Positions 20,125 to 29,730 of a stretch of DNA of 64,000 nucleotides are shown in pieces. Within the stretch, counting starts at the first letter, position 1. Each line of letters begins with the position of its first letter. The DNA comes from Bdellovibrionales bacterium. GTDB taxonomy: Bacteria > Bdellovibrionota > Bdellovibrionia > Bdellovibrionales > JAGQZY01. The stretch is from contig CAXREJ010000044.1 in NCBI GenBank assembly GCA_964229765.1, forward strand, positions 133,426-197,425, given 5' to 3'. Both the position numbers and the translations under genes were made by a program. Under the pieces are notes generated by a model. The model was given only the letters and a program-made list of their open reading frames with translations. It was not told the DNA's origin and ran no database searches.

Positions 20125-21101
20125 GGAGAAGAATGGAATCTTGGACCAAGAACATCAAAGACGATGAAATGAAAAAAGCCATCCAACTTGCGCGCAATGT
20201 CGCTGTGAGAAAAGCAACAATCCTTATTACTGGTGAAAGTGGTGTGGGGAAAGAATTAATGGCTCGTTTTATTCACGAAGAGTCTCAGAGAAATTCTCAA
20301 CCCTTTGTAGCAACAAATTGCGCAGCGGTACCTGAAAACTTATTAGAAAGTGAACTGTTTGGATATAATAAAGGCGCATTCACGGGAGCTGATAGGGAAA
20401 AGCCTGGTAAGTTTGAATTAGCTGATAAAGGTACATTCTTAATGGATGAGATCAGTGAGATGCCGATTTCATTACAGGGAAAACTTTTAAGAGTCATTCA
20501 AGAGTCTGAGATTGAAAGGTTAGGTTCAACACGTCCTAAGAAAATTGATGTGCGATTTATTTGTACAACCAACAGAAGCTTAGTGGATATGGTTAAAAAA
20601 GGTGAGTTCAGGCAAGATCTTTTTTACAGACTGAATGTTATACCTATTAATATTCCTGCACTCAGAAATAGAAAAAAAGATATTTCTTCACTTGTTGATT
20701 ATTTCTTACAGAAGGTGGCTTTAGACAATAAAATGCGTATCAAAAGACTAGATACAACAGCCATGCAAAAGATCCATAACTGGTCATGGCCCGGAAATGT
20801 GCGTGAGCTTCAAAATGTAATCGAACGCTCTTGTTTGATTAGCTTAAAAGAAACACTGAGTGCTGAAGACATTAATATTGAAACCTCTCCTATGCAACCT
20901 GTTGAAATATCAGCCCAAGAAGGTGATGGTTTTGTTCAAACAGGAATGACAATTCAGGAAGCAGAAAAAAGACTTATTTTAAAGACATTAGAGCATACGG
21001 GAAAAAATAGAACACAAGCTGCAAAAATTCTTGGAATTAGTATTCGTACTCTAAGAAATAAACTTAATGAGTATAAAACGTCGGATAATCTTGTCATTTA
21101 A
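20121..21101 (+). CDS. Sigma-54-dependent transcriptional activator lacking an N-terminal regulatory domain (AAA+ and Fis HTH only)
   Basis: Walker A GESGVGKE begins about 30 aa from the start. Has GAFTGA (ELFGYNKGAFTGA) and the C-terminal NRTQAAKILGISIRTLRNKL. The start overlaps the upstream stop (ATGA). Confidence 0.85.
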   Translation: MRRRMESWTKNIKDDEMKKAIQLARNVAVRKATILITGESGVGKELMARFIHEESQRNSQPFVATNCAAVPENLLESELFGYNKGAFTGADREKPGKFELADKGTFLMDEISEMPISLQGKLLRVIQESEIERLGSTRPKKIDVRFICTTNRSLVDMVKKGEFRQDLFYRLNVIPINIPALRNRKKDISSLVDYFLQKVALDNKMRIKRLDTTAMQKIHNWSWPGNVRELQNVIERSCLISLKETLSAEDINIETSPMQPVEISAQEGDGFVQTGMTIQEAEKRLILKTLEHTGKNRTQAAKILGISIRTLRNKLNEYKTSDNLVI

Positions 21102-21107
21102 GGAGTT

Positions 21108-21524
21108 ATGATGGGACAGATTTTTGATAAAACAATAAAATCATTAGCGACCTCGATTCAAATGCGTCAATTGAGGCAAAATGTTATTAGTGCAAATATA
21201 GCTAATGCTGAAACTCCTAATTACCATGCAAAGAAAATGGATTTTGAGGGTGCTTTAGCCAGCGCTATTGATCGTGAAGATTTAGGAAAGATGCATGTTG
21301 AGCATAATGATCATTTTTTAATGGGACAAGGATCCATTGGGCGAGTAAGAGCTGATGTTTATGATAATCCAGAAATTAATTATTCAAATGATGGTAACAC
21401 TGTGGATTTAGAAAAAGAAATGGCTAAGCAGTTACAAAACTCAGTGATGTATGATGCTGCCACCAAGTTGATAAATAAAAAATTAGCCGCTTTGAAGTAT
21501 GCAGCTAGCGAAGGAGGTCGATAA
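21108..21524 (+). CDS. flgB: Flagellar basal-body rod protein FlgB
   Basis: N-terminal rod motif RQNVISANIANAETPNY, plus size and position upstream of flgC. Confidence 0.85.
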   Translation: MMGQIFDKTIKSLATSIQMRQLRQNVISANIANAETPNYHAKKMDFEGALASAIDREDLGKMHVEHNDHFLMGQGSIGRVRADVYDNPEINYSNDGNTVDLEKEMAKQLQNSVMYDAATKLINKKLAALKYAASEGGR

Positions 21525-21961
21525 TGGATTTTATGACAGGTCTTCGCGTAAGCAGTAGTGGTATGACGGCACAACGTCGTCGTATGAATGCTATCTCAAG
21601 CAATATTGCTAATATCAATACAACAAGAACTCCTGAAGGAGGTCCCTATCGTAGAAAGTCGGTACAACTGGAGGCAATGCCAGATGCAAAGTCTTTTGCT
21701 GACATGATGTTAACTAATCCAGAAAAGAATGTGAATCGTGTTCAAGTCACTGATGTCGTTTCTGACCGTAGTGCTCCTCTATTAAAGTATGAGCCGGATC
21801 ATCCTGAAGCGGATGAAAATGGCTATGTTGCTTATCCGAATATCAATCTAATGGTCGAGATGGCAGACATGATTCAGGCCAACCGTACCTACGATGCCAA
21901 CGTTTCGGCATTAAATGCGACTAAAGACATGGCACTAAAAGCCCTGGAAATTGGTCGTTAA
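21524..21961 (+). CDS. flgC: Flagellar basal-body rod protein FlgC
   Basis: SSSGMTAQRRRMNAISSNIANINTT and the C-terminal ANRTYDANVSALNATKDMALKALEI. Confidence 0.9.
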   Translation: MDFMTGLRVSSSGMTAQRRRMNAISSNIANINTTRTPEGGPYRRKSVQLEAMPDAKSFADMMLTNPEKNVNRVQVTDVVSDRSAPLLKYEPDHPEADENGYVAYPNINLMVEMADMIQANRTYDANVSALNATKDMALKALEIGR

Positions 21962-22015
21962 ATGAGGAAAAACTGACAGAACTAATGTAGAATGAATTAA
22001 TAACAAGAGGGTGCC

Positions 22016-22342
22016 ATGGACGGCTTAACAGTATCAACAGCAAAAGATTTGCTGAAAACAGGTAAAACATTTTCCGAACTTTCAAAACAGAGAGTTGCTC
22101 CTGAGTCCACTCAAGCATCTGGAAAGTCTTTTGGAGACACGCTGACAGAGGCTGTCGATAAAGTGAATGCTCTTCAAAAAGACGCTGATGTAAAAATGCA
22201 GAAGATTGCATCGGGAGAGTCTACTAATATTTCTGAGGTCATGATTGCGGCAGAGAGAGCTGATATTGCTCTCAAACTTATGATGTCTGTGAGAAATAAA
22301 GTTATTGATGCATATCAAGAAGTTATGAAGATGCAAGTGTAA
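22016..22342 (+). CDS. fliE: Flagellar hook-basal body complex protein FliE
   Basis: C-terminal VRNKVIDAYQEVMKMQV is the FliE signature. Confidence 0.85.
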   Translation: MDGLTVSTAKDLLKTGKTFSELSKQRVAPESTQASGKSFGDTLTEAVDKVNALQKDADVKMQKIASGESTNISEVMIAAERADIALKLMMSVRNKVIDAYQEVMKMQV

Positions 22343-24013
22343 TTGAGGGGGCGGGAGTTGCAAAACTTTTTTAAAACATTTATTGCTCAGATTCAGGATT
22401 TTTTTGGTGGATTAACCCCAATAAAAAGAGCGTCTCTTATGGCAAGTATCGGGGTGGGACTTGCTGCCATCGCGACTATTTTATTTATGTCTACAGGTAG
22501 TGACTATGCACCATTGCTGACCAACGTACCACCTGAACAAGTCTCCACAGTATTAAATACATTAAGAGCTAAAAACATTCCTCATAGATTGGAAGATAAT
22601 AGTGGAACAATACTAGTACCGAAAGCTTATTTACATTCCACTCAGATGACTATTATGTCGGAAGTGGGCGCTGGCAGAATTGGACAAGTAGGATTAGAGT
22701 TATTTGATAAACAGGATTTTGGTACGACTTCTTATGCGCAGAGAATTAACTTTCAGAGAGCTTTGCAAGGAGAGCTTTCTCGTGCAATCAATAGTATGGA
22801 GGCTGTTAATCGAACTAAAGTTATTCTTGCTATTCCAAAGAAAAACATCTTTTTAGATGCGAATGAAGAAAAACCATCAGCCTCTGTGGTGGTCGAGCTA
22901 CACAATGGCCACACTCTCAATGAAGATCAAGTAAAGGGCATTGTATATCTGGTTTCAAATGCTGTTGAGGGCATGGAAGAAAGCGGTGTTTCTGTTGTCG
23001 ACTCCAGAGGTAAAGTTCTTTCTAAAAAATATGATCCGAGTTTTGCTGGCTCAGCTCAACTGATGGATATAAAAAAGAAAGTGGATTCTCATCTTGAGCA
23101 TAAAATTGAGTCCATTTTGGCTCGTGTTGTTGGTGAGGGAAAAGTTATAGCTCGTGTTAATGTCACTTTAAACCCGCAACAAGTTTCAATGGTTAAAGAA
23201 GAGGTTGATCCTGATCGGACGGCTATCAGAAGTATCCAAACGGAAGCTGAAAGGTCTCAAGGGAATCGTAGTAATCCTACAGGTGTTCCAGGGGCAAGGG
23301 CAAATATTCCAGGTGCAGATGAAGCTGGACGAGTTAATTTTAATCAAGATGTGAATCGAGAATTAAAAACGACAAATTATGCTGTTCCCAAAACGGTTAG
23401 AAATATTGTGGAATCAGCTGGAACGATTAGTCGAATTTCCGTGGCTGTTATGGTTGATGGAGTATATCAAAATGTAACACCGACAGAAGGTGGTGAACCA
23501 ACAAAGCAATGGTCTCCAAGAGAAGAAGAAGAATTGCAGCGTTTTGAAACACTTGTCAAAAATGTTATTGGCTTTGATTCCAGTCGAGGTGATTCTATAA
23601 GCATGGAGTCTTTCCAGTTCAAAGAGGAAAACTTTGTAGAAGCGGATAAGCTTGTAAAGACCATTCATCGAGAGAAACTATTAAGATTCTTGGCGAGTTG
23701 GGCTTTAGCTGGTTTTGGATTAATTCTCATTTTCTTCTTAATGGTGAAACCTTTTGTCCGTTGGGTGACAGATAGTTTCCATGACTCTATTGAAGATATG
23801 TTGCCAAAAACGATTGAAGAGCTTGAGGAGCTACATGGTGTTGATAATGCTTTACCTGGTATGAGTGCAGCTATGCCAATCTTAGAAGAGCCTGTCGATC
23901 CTGAAAAAGCAGAAAGTGAAATTTTAAGAGAGCGCATCATGGCAATTATGGATGAGGATGAAGAAAAAGCCTCTGGCGCCTTTAGTTTATGGTTAATTAG
24001 GAGAGATTTCTAA
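22343..24013 (+). CDS. fliF: Flagellar M-ring protein FliF
   Basis: 556 aa with an N-terminal TM, a YscJ/FliF-type periplasmic region, a C-terminal TM and an acidic tail. The TTG start is uncertain (22343 or 22358). Confidence 0.9.
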   Translation: MRGRELQNFFKTFIAQIQDFFGGLTPIKRASLMASIGVGLAAIATILFMSTGSDYAPLLTNVPPEQVSTVLNTLRAKNIPHRLEDNSGTILVPKAYLHSTQMTIMSEVGAGRIGQVGLELFDKQDFGTTSYAQRINFQRALQGELSRAINSMEAVNRTKVILAIPKKNIFLDANEEKPSASVVVELHNGHTLNEDQVKGIVYLVSNAVEGMEESGVSVVDSRGKVLSKKYDPSFAGSAQLMDIKKKVDSHLEHKIESILARVVGEGKVIARVNVTLNPQQVSMVKEEVDPDRTAIRSIQTEAERSQGNRSNPTGVPGARANIPGADEAGRVNFNQDVNRELKTTNYAVPKTVRNIVESAGTISRISVAVMVDGVYQNVTPTEGGEPTKQWSPREEEELQRFETLVKNVIGFDSSRGDSISMESFQFKEENFVEADKLVKTIHREKLLRFLASWALAGFGLILIFFLMVKPFVRWVTDSFHDSIEDMLPKTIEELEELHGVDNALPGMSAAMPILEEPVDPEKAESEILRERIMAIMDEDEEKASGAFSLWLIRRDF

Positions 24014-25065
24014 TGGCAAGTGAAGCAGCGATTAAACTTAAGAAGATCAGTGATATTACCTATGATAAACTACGTGGTTTTGAAAAAGCCGCTATCTTGG
24101 TGAATTACCTCGGGCCAGAAGCATCTAAGCGATTACTAGTAAAAATGGATGATGCTGATATTAGAAAACTAGTAACAATGATGCAAAAATTTAGAATTGT
24201 ACCTATTGAAGTTACTAAAAAGGTCCTAGAAGAGTTTTATGATCTTATTAGCGAGTCTGAAGACTATATATTCTCTGATAAATCAGCCTCGAAAGAAACT
24301 ATTATGGATGCTCTTGGTGAAGAAAGAGCTAGAGGTATATTAGGGCATTTGAATGCTGCGACCAGTTCTACAAGATCTTTAGAAAGTTTGGAGTTAGTGG
24401 ATGCTAAGTCATTAGCTAACTTTTTAATTAACGAACATCCGCAAACAGTCTCAGTGATATTAGCCCACTTGGAGCCTGAGAAAAAAGGTGAGGTTTTAAA
24501 ACGTTTACCTGAAACTTTACAGGCGGAAGTTGTACTAAGAATGGCTAATCTTGATCATGTTGCTCCTGAATTAATTTCAGAAGTGGATCGAGTTCTAAAA
24601 GATGAACTAGCAAATATTGGAACTGTTGAGCAATCTCAACTGGGCGGTGTGCAAACTGTTGCTGAGATGCTTAACGTTATGGATAAAGGTGCCGAGAAAG
24701 CCATTATGTCTCGTGTCGAAGAGAAAGATCCTCTTCTTGCTGAAGAGATTAGAAAACTTATGTTTATCTTTGATGATATCGTTAAAATTGATGACAAAGG
24801 TATTCAGGCCCTTCTTAAAGAAGTGGCCAATGATAAGCTTCTTCTTGCTCTTAAGACAGCTAACCAAGAAATTAGAGATAAGATATTTAAAAATCTTTCT
24901 AAGAGAGCTGCAGATCTTCTTAATGACGACCTGTCAACTATGGGGCCAGCCCGTGTTTCTGATGTTGAATCGGCTCAGATGGAAATCGTCAATGTGGCTC
25001 GAAGACTTGAAACCGAAGGTAAGATTATTATAGCTCGCGGTGGTGCAGAAGATGCCCTTGTCTAA
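24013..25065 (+). CDS. fliG: Flagellar motor switch protein FliG
   Basis: GFEKAAILVNYLG, the EHPQTVSVILAHL block, MFIFDDI and the C-terminal torque-helix region KRAADLLNDDL. Confidence 0.9.
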   Translation: MASEAAIKLKKISDITYDKLRGFEKAAILVNYLGPEASKRLLVKMDDADIRKLVTMMQKFRIVPIEVTKKVLEEFYDLISESEDYIFSDKSASKETIMDALGEERARGILGHLNAATSSTRSLESLELVDAKSLANFLINEHPQTVSVILAHLEPEKKGEVLKRLPETLQAEVVLRMANLDHVAPELISEVDRVLKDELANIGTVEQSQLGGVQTVAEMLNVMDKGAEKAIMSRVEEKDPLLAEEIRKLMFIFDDIVKIDDKGIQALLKEVANDKLLLALKTANQEIRDKIFKNLSKRAADLLNDDLSTMGPARVSDVESAQMEIVNVARRLETEGKIIIARGGAEDALV

Positions 25066-25798
25066 AAATATTATTGAAAAAGAGTCGGCTGAAGAATTAG
25101 CCATTAATTATCAGCCAAGGAATATTGACTCTATACTGAGTGAACAAGCACTGGAATATGTTCGTAATCAAAAAAATCGTGGAGATTTTAGGGTTGATAA
25201 AATTGTTTCGGAATTTACGGGAATCGAAGAAATTGAAAAGCTAAGTCAGCAAAAAGAAATTGCGGATCAAGCTTTAAAATTGAGTCAAGATGTACAAGAA
25301 AAAGCCTATAAAGAAGCTTATCAGCTGGGTTTAGAAGAGGGAAGACAAAGTGCCTACAATGAGGAGATGGGACGCATAGAAAAGGAGATGTCTCATTTTG
25401 CTCAGTTAATTGCTGAAATTAAAAAAAACAAAACTGATCTTGAGAAAGAAAATGAAAAGCAAATTGCGAGACTCTGTTTTTATTTAGCTAAACGCTTACT
25501 GATGAAAGAGATTGAAGAAGATGAGGTTTACATTCAGACCTTGATTAAGAAAACCTTAGAAATGGTTCAATCCGATCAACAGTTAACGATAAAAGTTTCT
25601 ATTGAAGATAAAAAGTGGATTGAAGAAAACCGTAAAGACTTCTTTCATGAAATAGACATCGAAACCTCTACAAAGATTGAGGAAGACCCGAATATGCAAA
25701 GAGGTGGTGCTATTATCGAAACTCAGTTTGGGGTGATTGATGCCACCGTTGAGCAAAGGTTAGAAAAACTAGAAAAAGTCATTAACGATCATAGCTAA
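25040..25798 (+). CDS. fliH: Flagellar assembly protein FliH
   Basis: Sits between fliG and fliI. Has a coiled-coil middle and the C-terminal GGAIIETQFGVIDATVEQRLEKL. The start may instead be ATG 25052. Confidence 0.7.
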   Translation: MVQKMPLSKNIIEKESAEELAINYQPRNIDSILSEQALEYVRNQKNRGDFRVDKIVSEFTGIEEIEKLSQQKEIADQALKLSQDVQEKAYKEAYQLGLEEGRQSAYNEEMGRIEKEMSHFAQLIAEIKKNKTDLEKENEKQIARLCFYLAKRLLMKEIEEDEVYIQTLIKKTLEMVQSDQQLTIKVSIEDKKWIEENRKDFFHEIDIETSTKIEEDPNMQRGGAIIETQFGVIDATVEQRLEKLEKVINDHS

Positions 25799-25809
25799 GA
25801 GGGAATTGA

Positions 25810-27138
25810 TTGAGCGCTGTCGATTTTGAAAAATATATTCAGACATTAGATAGACGAGTTTTGGTCAAAGATATTGGTAAAGTCACAGATGTAGTTGGAC
25901 ATTTGATTGAGGGATATCTTCCAGGTGCAAAGCTTGGGAGTATCTGTGAGATTCATTCAACTGGTCGTAAACCAATAGTGACAGAGGTCATAGGTTTTCA
26001 AGATCAAAAAGTTCTTATGATGCCACTATCTGAAATGACATCTATTGGCTTTGGTAGTCGTATAGAGCTAGTGAGGACAACAGCCACTATAAAAGTGGGT
26101 AATGCTATGCTTGGTCGAGTGATTGATGGACTAGGGCAGCCAATAGATAAAAAAGGTGAAATTGATTATAATAAAGAAGCTTATCTTTATCGTTCATCTT
26201 GTAATCCTCTAGACCGTACTCCCATTGATACTCCATTAGACCTTGGAGTTAAGGCGATCAATTCTTTTTTGGCAGTGGGAAAAGGGCAAAGAGTTGGTTT
26301 TTTAGCAGGTTCTGGAGTCGGGAAATCCGTTTTAATGGGAATGATGGCTCGCAACACCCAATCAGATGTAAATGTCATAGCTTTGATTGGAGAGCGTGGT
26401 CGTGAGGTTCGTGAATTTGTTGAACATATCTTAGGAGAAGAAGGGCTAAAAAAATCTGTCATTATTGCTGTTACGAGTGATCAAAGTCCATTGATACGTA
26501 TGAGAGGTGCTTTTATAGCAACAGCTATTGCAGAATATTTTTCTGATCAAGGTAAAGATGTCATGTTGATGATGGATTCTTTAACTCGCTTTGCTATGGC
26601 CCAGCGAGAGATTGGTCTAAATGCTGGAGAGCCTGTGACGACAAAAGGTTACACACCGAGTGTATTTGGCTTACTACCCAAACTTTTAGAAAGAGCAGGA
26701 CGCTTTGATAGTGGAGGCTCGATTACGGGTCTTTATACCGTCCTGGTTGAAGGCGATGATATGGACGATCCTATCGCTGACTCTGTTCGCTCTATTGTGG
26801 ACGGCCATATCGTTTTGGATCGAAGATTAGCACAAAGAGGTCATTTCCCTGCTATTGATGTTTTACAGAGCGCTAGTCGTGTAATGTCCAACGTGATAAC
26901 AGACGAACATAAAAGAGCTGTAAGTATTGCAAGGGCTCGACTGGCTTTGTATCGGGAAAATGAAGACTTAATTCGTATTGGTGCTTATCAACAAGGTAAT
27001 GACCAAGAGTTAGATCAAGCCATAGCGATGAATCGCCAATTGGATCGCTTCTTAAAGCAAGAAGTGGGGGAAACGTGGACTTTTGAGCAAGCCATCAATG
27101 AGCTAAGAATGATTACTGAAGGCCATGAAGAAATTTAA
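25810..27138 (+). CDS. fliI: Flagellum-specific ATPase FliI
   Basis: Walker A AGSGVGKS, Walker B MLMMDSLTR and overall F1-beta-like pattern. TTG start with an upstream AGAGGGA. Confidence 0.9.
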   Translation: MSAVDFEKYIQTLDRRVLVKDIGKVTDVVGHLIEGYLPGAKLGSICEIHSTGRKPIVTEVIGFQDQKVLMMPLSEMTSIGFGSRIELVRTTATIKVGNAMLGRVIDGLGQPIDKKGEIDYNKEAYLYRSSCNPLDRTPIDTPLDLGVKAINSFLAVGKGQRVGFLAGSGVGKSVLMGMMARNTQSDVNVIALIGERGREVREFVEHILGEEGLKKSVIIAVTSDQSPLIRMRGAFIATAIAEYFSDQGKDVMLMMDSLTRFAMAQREIGLNAGEPVTTKGYTPSVFGLLPKLLERAGRFDSGGSITGLYTVLVEGDDMDDPIADSVRSIVDGHIVLDRRLAQRGHFPAIDVLQSASRVMSNVITDEHKRAVSIARARLALYRENEDLIRIGAYQQGNDQELDQAIAMNRQLDRFLKQEVGETWTFEQAINELRMITEGHEEI

Positions 27139-27562
27139 GTATAAAACGGAATCTTATTTAAAGTTTGTAAAATTTGAGCGTAGTAAAGCGCTTAAATCTT
27201 TAAATGAAGCTGAAAGTTATAAAATGTCTTTGATCAAGAGGTACCAATATTTGGAGAACGAAATGAGTAAAGCTTATGGAACTAATTCAAACTTGGGGAA
27301 AAGTATAAAAGACGTCAACTTTATAAATGATAACAATATGTTTATTCTCAAAATTAAAGAGACGATGGAAGATTTGTCACAAGAGATTATGATGGCTGAA
27401 GCTGAGTTCCAAAAAAGAATGGAAAAACTTAAGGAGGTTCAGTTGAAGGTGAGAAAAATTGAACTTCATAAAGAGTTAGAGAAAGAAAAATACGACAAGG
27501 CTTTGAAGAAGAAAGTGCAAAAACAGTTAGACGATATAAATTCCAGTCGGAAGTGGGGATAG
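27125..27562 (+). CDS. fliJ: Flagellar export chaperone-like protein FliJ
   Basis: 145-aa all-coiled-coil protein immediately after fliI, overlapping it by 14 nt. Assigned by position and composition. Confidence 0.65.
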   Translation: MKKFKYKTESYLKFVKFERSKALKSLNEAESYKMSLIKRYQYLENEMSKAYGTNSNLGKSIKDVNFINDNNMFILKIKETMEDLSQEIMMAEAEFQKRMEKLKEVQLKVRKIELHKELEKEKYDKALKKKVQKQLDDINSSRKWG

Positions 27563-28327
27563 ATGCAAAATCCATACAATCGCTATCAGCAAAACCAAAA
27601 AACAGAGAAGAAACCACAAGCGGCTAAGATGCAGAAAAAGCAAACAAACACAAAAACAAGAAGAGCCGTTCTTAAAGCAAACACAAAATCGAGCCATAAA
27701 ACACAGTGGTCTTACATTGGTCTCAGTGTACTGGGCCTTGGCATGTCTTTTTATATATTTATGTACACGGATCAGTTTCTTGACACCGTTGGAAAGTTTG
27801 AGCTGAGTTTTAGCTCTGTTCTTGCTGATGATGGGGAAAAAGCTGCCCCAAGAGAGGAAAATAGTGATGCCAATAAGAGCTCTTTGCCTGTGGGTAGGGT
27901 TTCACAACTTAAGTCAGATGCTGATCATTTGACGATGAAAAATGCGAGTGTTTATAAAGCTTTAAAGAAAAAAGAAGAAGACCTTGAGAAGAAAGAAAGG
28001 CGCTTGGCACAGTTGGAAGAAGAGTTGCAAGTACAAAAGGAAGAGATAGAAAAGCAGTTAAAAGAAATGAATGAGATGAGAAGAAATATTTCATCAAAGT
28101 TAGACAAGAAAGTAACTGCCGATCAAGAGAGTTTAGAAAAGCTAGTAGGAGTTTATTCAAGTATGAAACCACAGAATGCCGCTACCATAATTTCACAGAT
28201 TGATGATGAGTTAGCGGTGAAGGTTTTAGGACAAATGAAGAAGACGAATGCGGCAGAAATTTTAAACTATATAGAACCAAAGAAAGCCAGAATGCTTTCT
28301 GAGAAATTTACTGGATTAAAGAAGTAG
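27563..28327 (+). CDS. MotE/YlxF(FlbB)-family flagellar protein with an MgtE_N-like C-terminus
   Basis: One TM, a coiled coil, and the C-terminal MKPQNAATIISQIDDELAVKVLGQMKKTNAAEILNYIEPKKA. Occupies the same slot as ylxF in the Bacillus fla/che operon. Confidence 0.55.
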   Translation: MQNPYNRYQQNQKTEKKPQAAKMQKKQTNTKTRRAVLKANTKSSHKTQWSYIGLSVLGLGMSFYIFMYTDQFLDTVGKFELSFSSVLADDGEKAAPREENSDANKSSLPVGRVSQLKSDADHLTMKNASVYKALKKKEEDLEKKERRLAQLEEELQVQKEEIEKQLKEMNEMRRNISSKLDKKVTADQESLEKLVGVYSSMKPQNAATIISQIDDELAVKVLGQMKKTNAAEILNYIEPKKARMLSEKFTGLKK

Positions 28328-28337
28328 GGGCATTTAG

Positions 28338-29720
28338 TTGTTTATACAAAGTGGGATTCAAAATTTAAATAAACAATATTCTTCGTCAGAGCGTAAAGAT
28401 AAGCAAGCTTCTGATAAAGAGTTTAGTGATATTTTGAAAAATACTGATGATAAAAAATCGGAGAGGAATAAGCAGACTTCTTCAGCTGTGCCTTCTAAAA
28501 AAGACAAACATAAAAAGTATATTTATGGAGATGGCGAATCGGCTCCAGTGAAACAAGAACAATATTATAAAAAAAATGAGCAACATGATGATAAAAAAGT
28601 AGAAAGCCAAGTTGTTCAAAATGTTAAAAGGGACGAGAGTCAAGTTTCACAAAATAATAATAGTCAGAGCGAAAAGGTTGAGACGAATGCGAATACATTA
28701 AGTGAAAATGATGCTTTACTTAGTAATATTCAAAATTTGACAGATGAAAATGTAGAAACAAATCAACCCCTATCGACTTACTCTTCGGTACCATCAAAAA
28801 TTACTTTAGAAGAAAATCAAAAAAAGATTCAACAGATGGAAAATGCTCTGGCAGACATGATGACACAATCTAAAGAGTCTAAAGGATTGCTAGAGAGTAC
28901 AATAACTCAAAATACCGATTCGCAATGGCAAGAATCTAACTTATTGAAGCAGGTGCAGCCATTTACAAATGATGGACAAATTAAAATAGATAAAGATATG
29001 AAGTTGAACACCGAGCTGGAAACTCTTCAAAACTCAGGCGGAGAAGAGAATATTGCTAAGAACCTCATTGAAACAGATGGAAAAAGTGATTCTGACCAAG
29101 ACCTTTCTTCTTTTGAGCAAATGTTGAGTTCAAATACTGATATCCAGTCTTCAAATGATTCTGCTGGTAGTATTTTTTCTGAAGAACTAAATTTGGCACA
29201 AGGTGAAAATCGCTCACAAAAAATTGAGAATATGCAATCTATTATAAAGCAAGCTCGCGCGGTGGTTGATGATGGTGGTGGAAGTATGGAAATTCACCTA
29301 CAACCTGAAGGTTTAGGTAAGGTGCATTTAAAAGTGGCTGTTAATGATGGTCAAGTGAATGTTGAAATGATGACGGATAATCATTTAGCAAAAAAAGCAC
29401 TCGAAGAGGGAATACTGGATATCAAGCAAGCCCTTGAAGGTCATAAATTACTCGTTGAAACAGTTAAAGTTGAGATGTCACCAGATTATCAAAAAGACTT
29501 TACAGATTTACAAGATCATATGAGAGAGCAAGAGAACAGAAATTTTGCTGAACAGTTTTTAGGTCAATTCCAGAGAGAAAGAGATGAGAGATTGGGAGGA
29601 ATGTTTGATTCCTTCAGAAATTTTCAAAGAGAAACAAGCGAACCAGAATTAAGGTTGGGCAATCACAGAAATCCTTATACAGAAAATGGTAAGGGTCGTT
29701 CCATTAATTTGGTCGCTTAA
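28338..29720 (+). CDS. fliK: Flagellar hook-length control protein FliK
   Basis: Low-complexity Q/N/S/E-rich N-terminal part and a C-terminal Flg_hook-like block MEIHLQPEGLGKVHLKVAVNDGQVNVEM. TTG start. Confidence 0.7.
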   Translation: MFIQSGIQNLNKQYSSSERKDKQASDKEFSDILKNTDDKKSERNKQTSSAVPSKKDKHKKYIYGDGESAPVKQEQYYKKNEQHDDKKVESQVVQNVKRDESQVSQNNNSQSEKVETNANTLSENDALLSNIQNLTDENVETNQPLSTYSSVPSKITLEENQKKIQQMENALADMMTQSKESKGLLESTITQNTDSQWQESNLLKQVQPFTNDGQIKIDKDMKLNTELETLQNSGGEENIAKNLIETDGKSDSDQDLSSFEQMLSSNTDIQSSNDSAGSIFSEELNLAQGENRSQKIENMQSIIKQARAVVDDGGGSMEIHLQPEGLGKVHLKVAVNDGQVNVEMMTDNHLAKKALEEGILDIKQALEGHKLLVETVKVEMSPDYQKDFTDLQDHMREQENRNFAEQFLGQFQRERDERLGGMFDSFRNFQRETSEPELRLGNHRNPYTENGKGRSINLVA

Positions 29721-29730
29721 AGGGTAGGGT

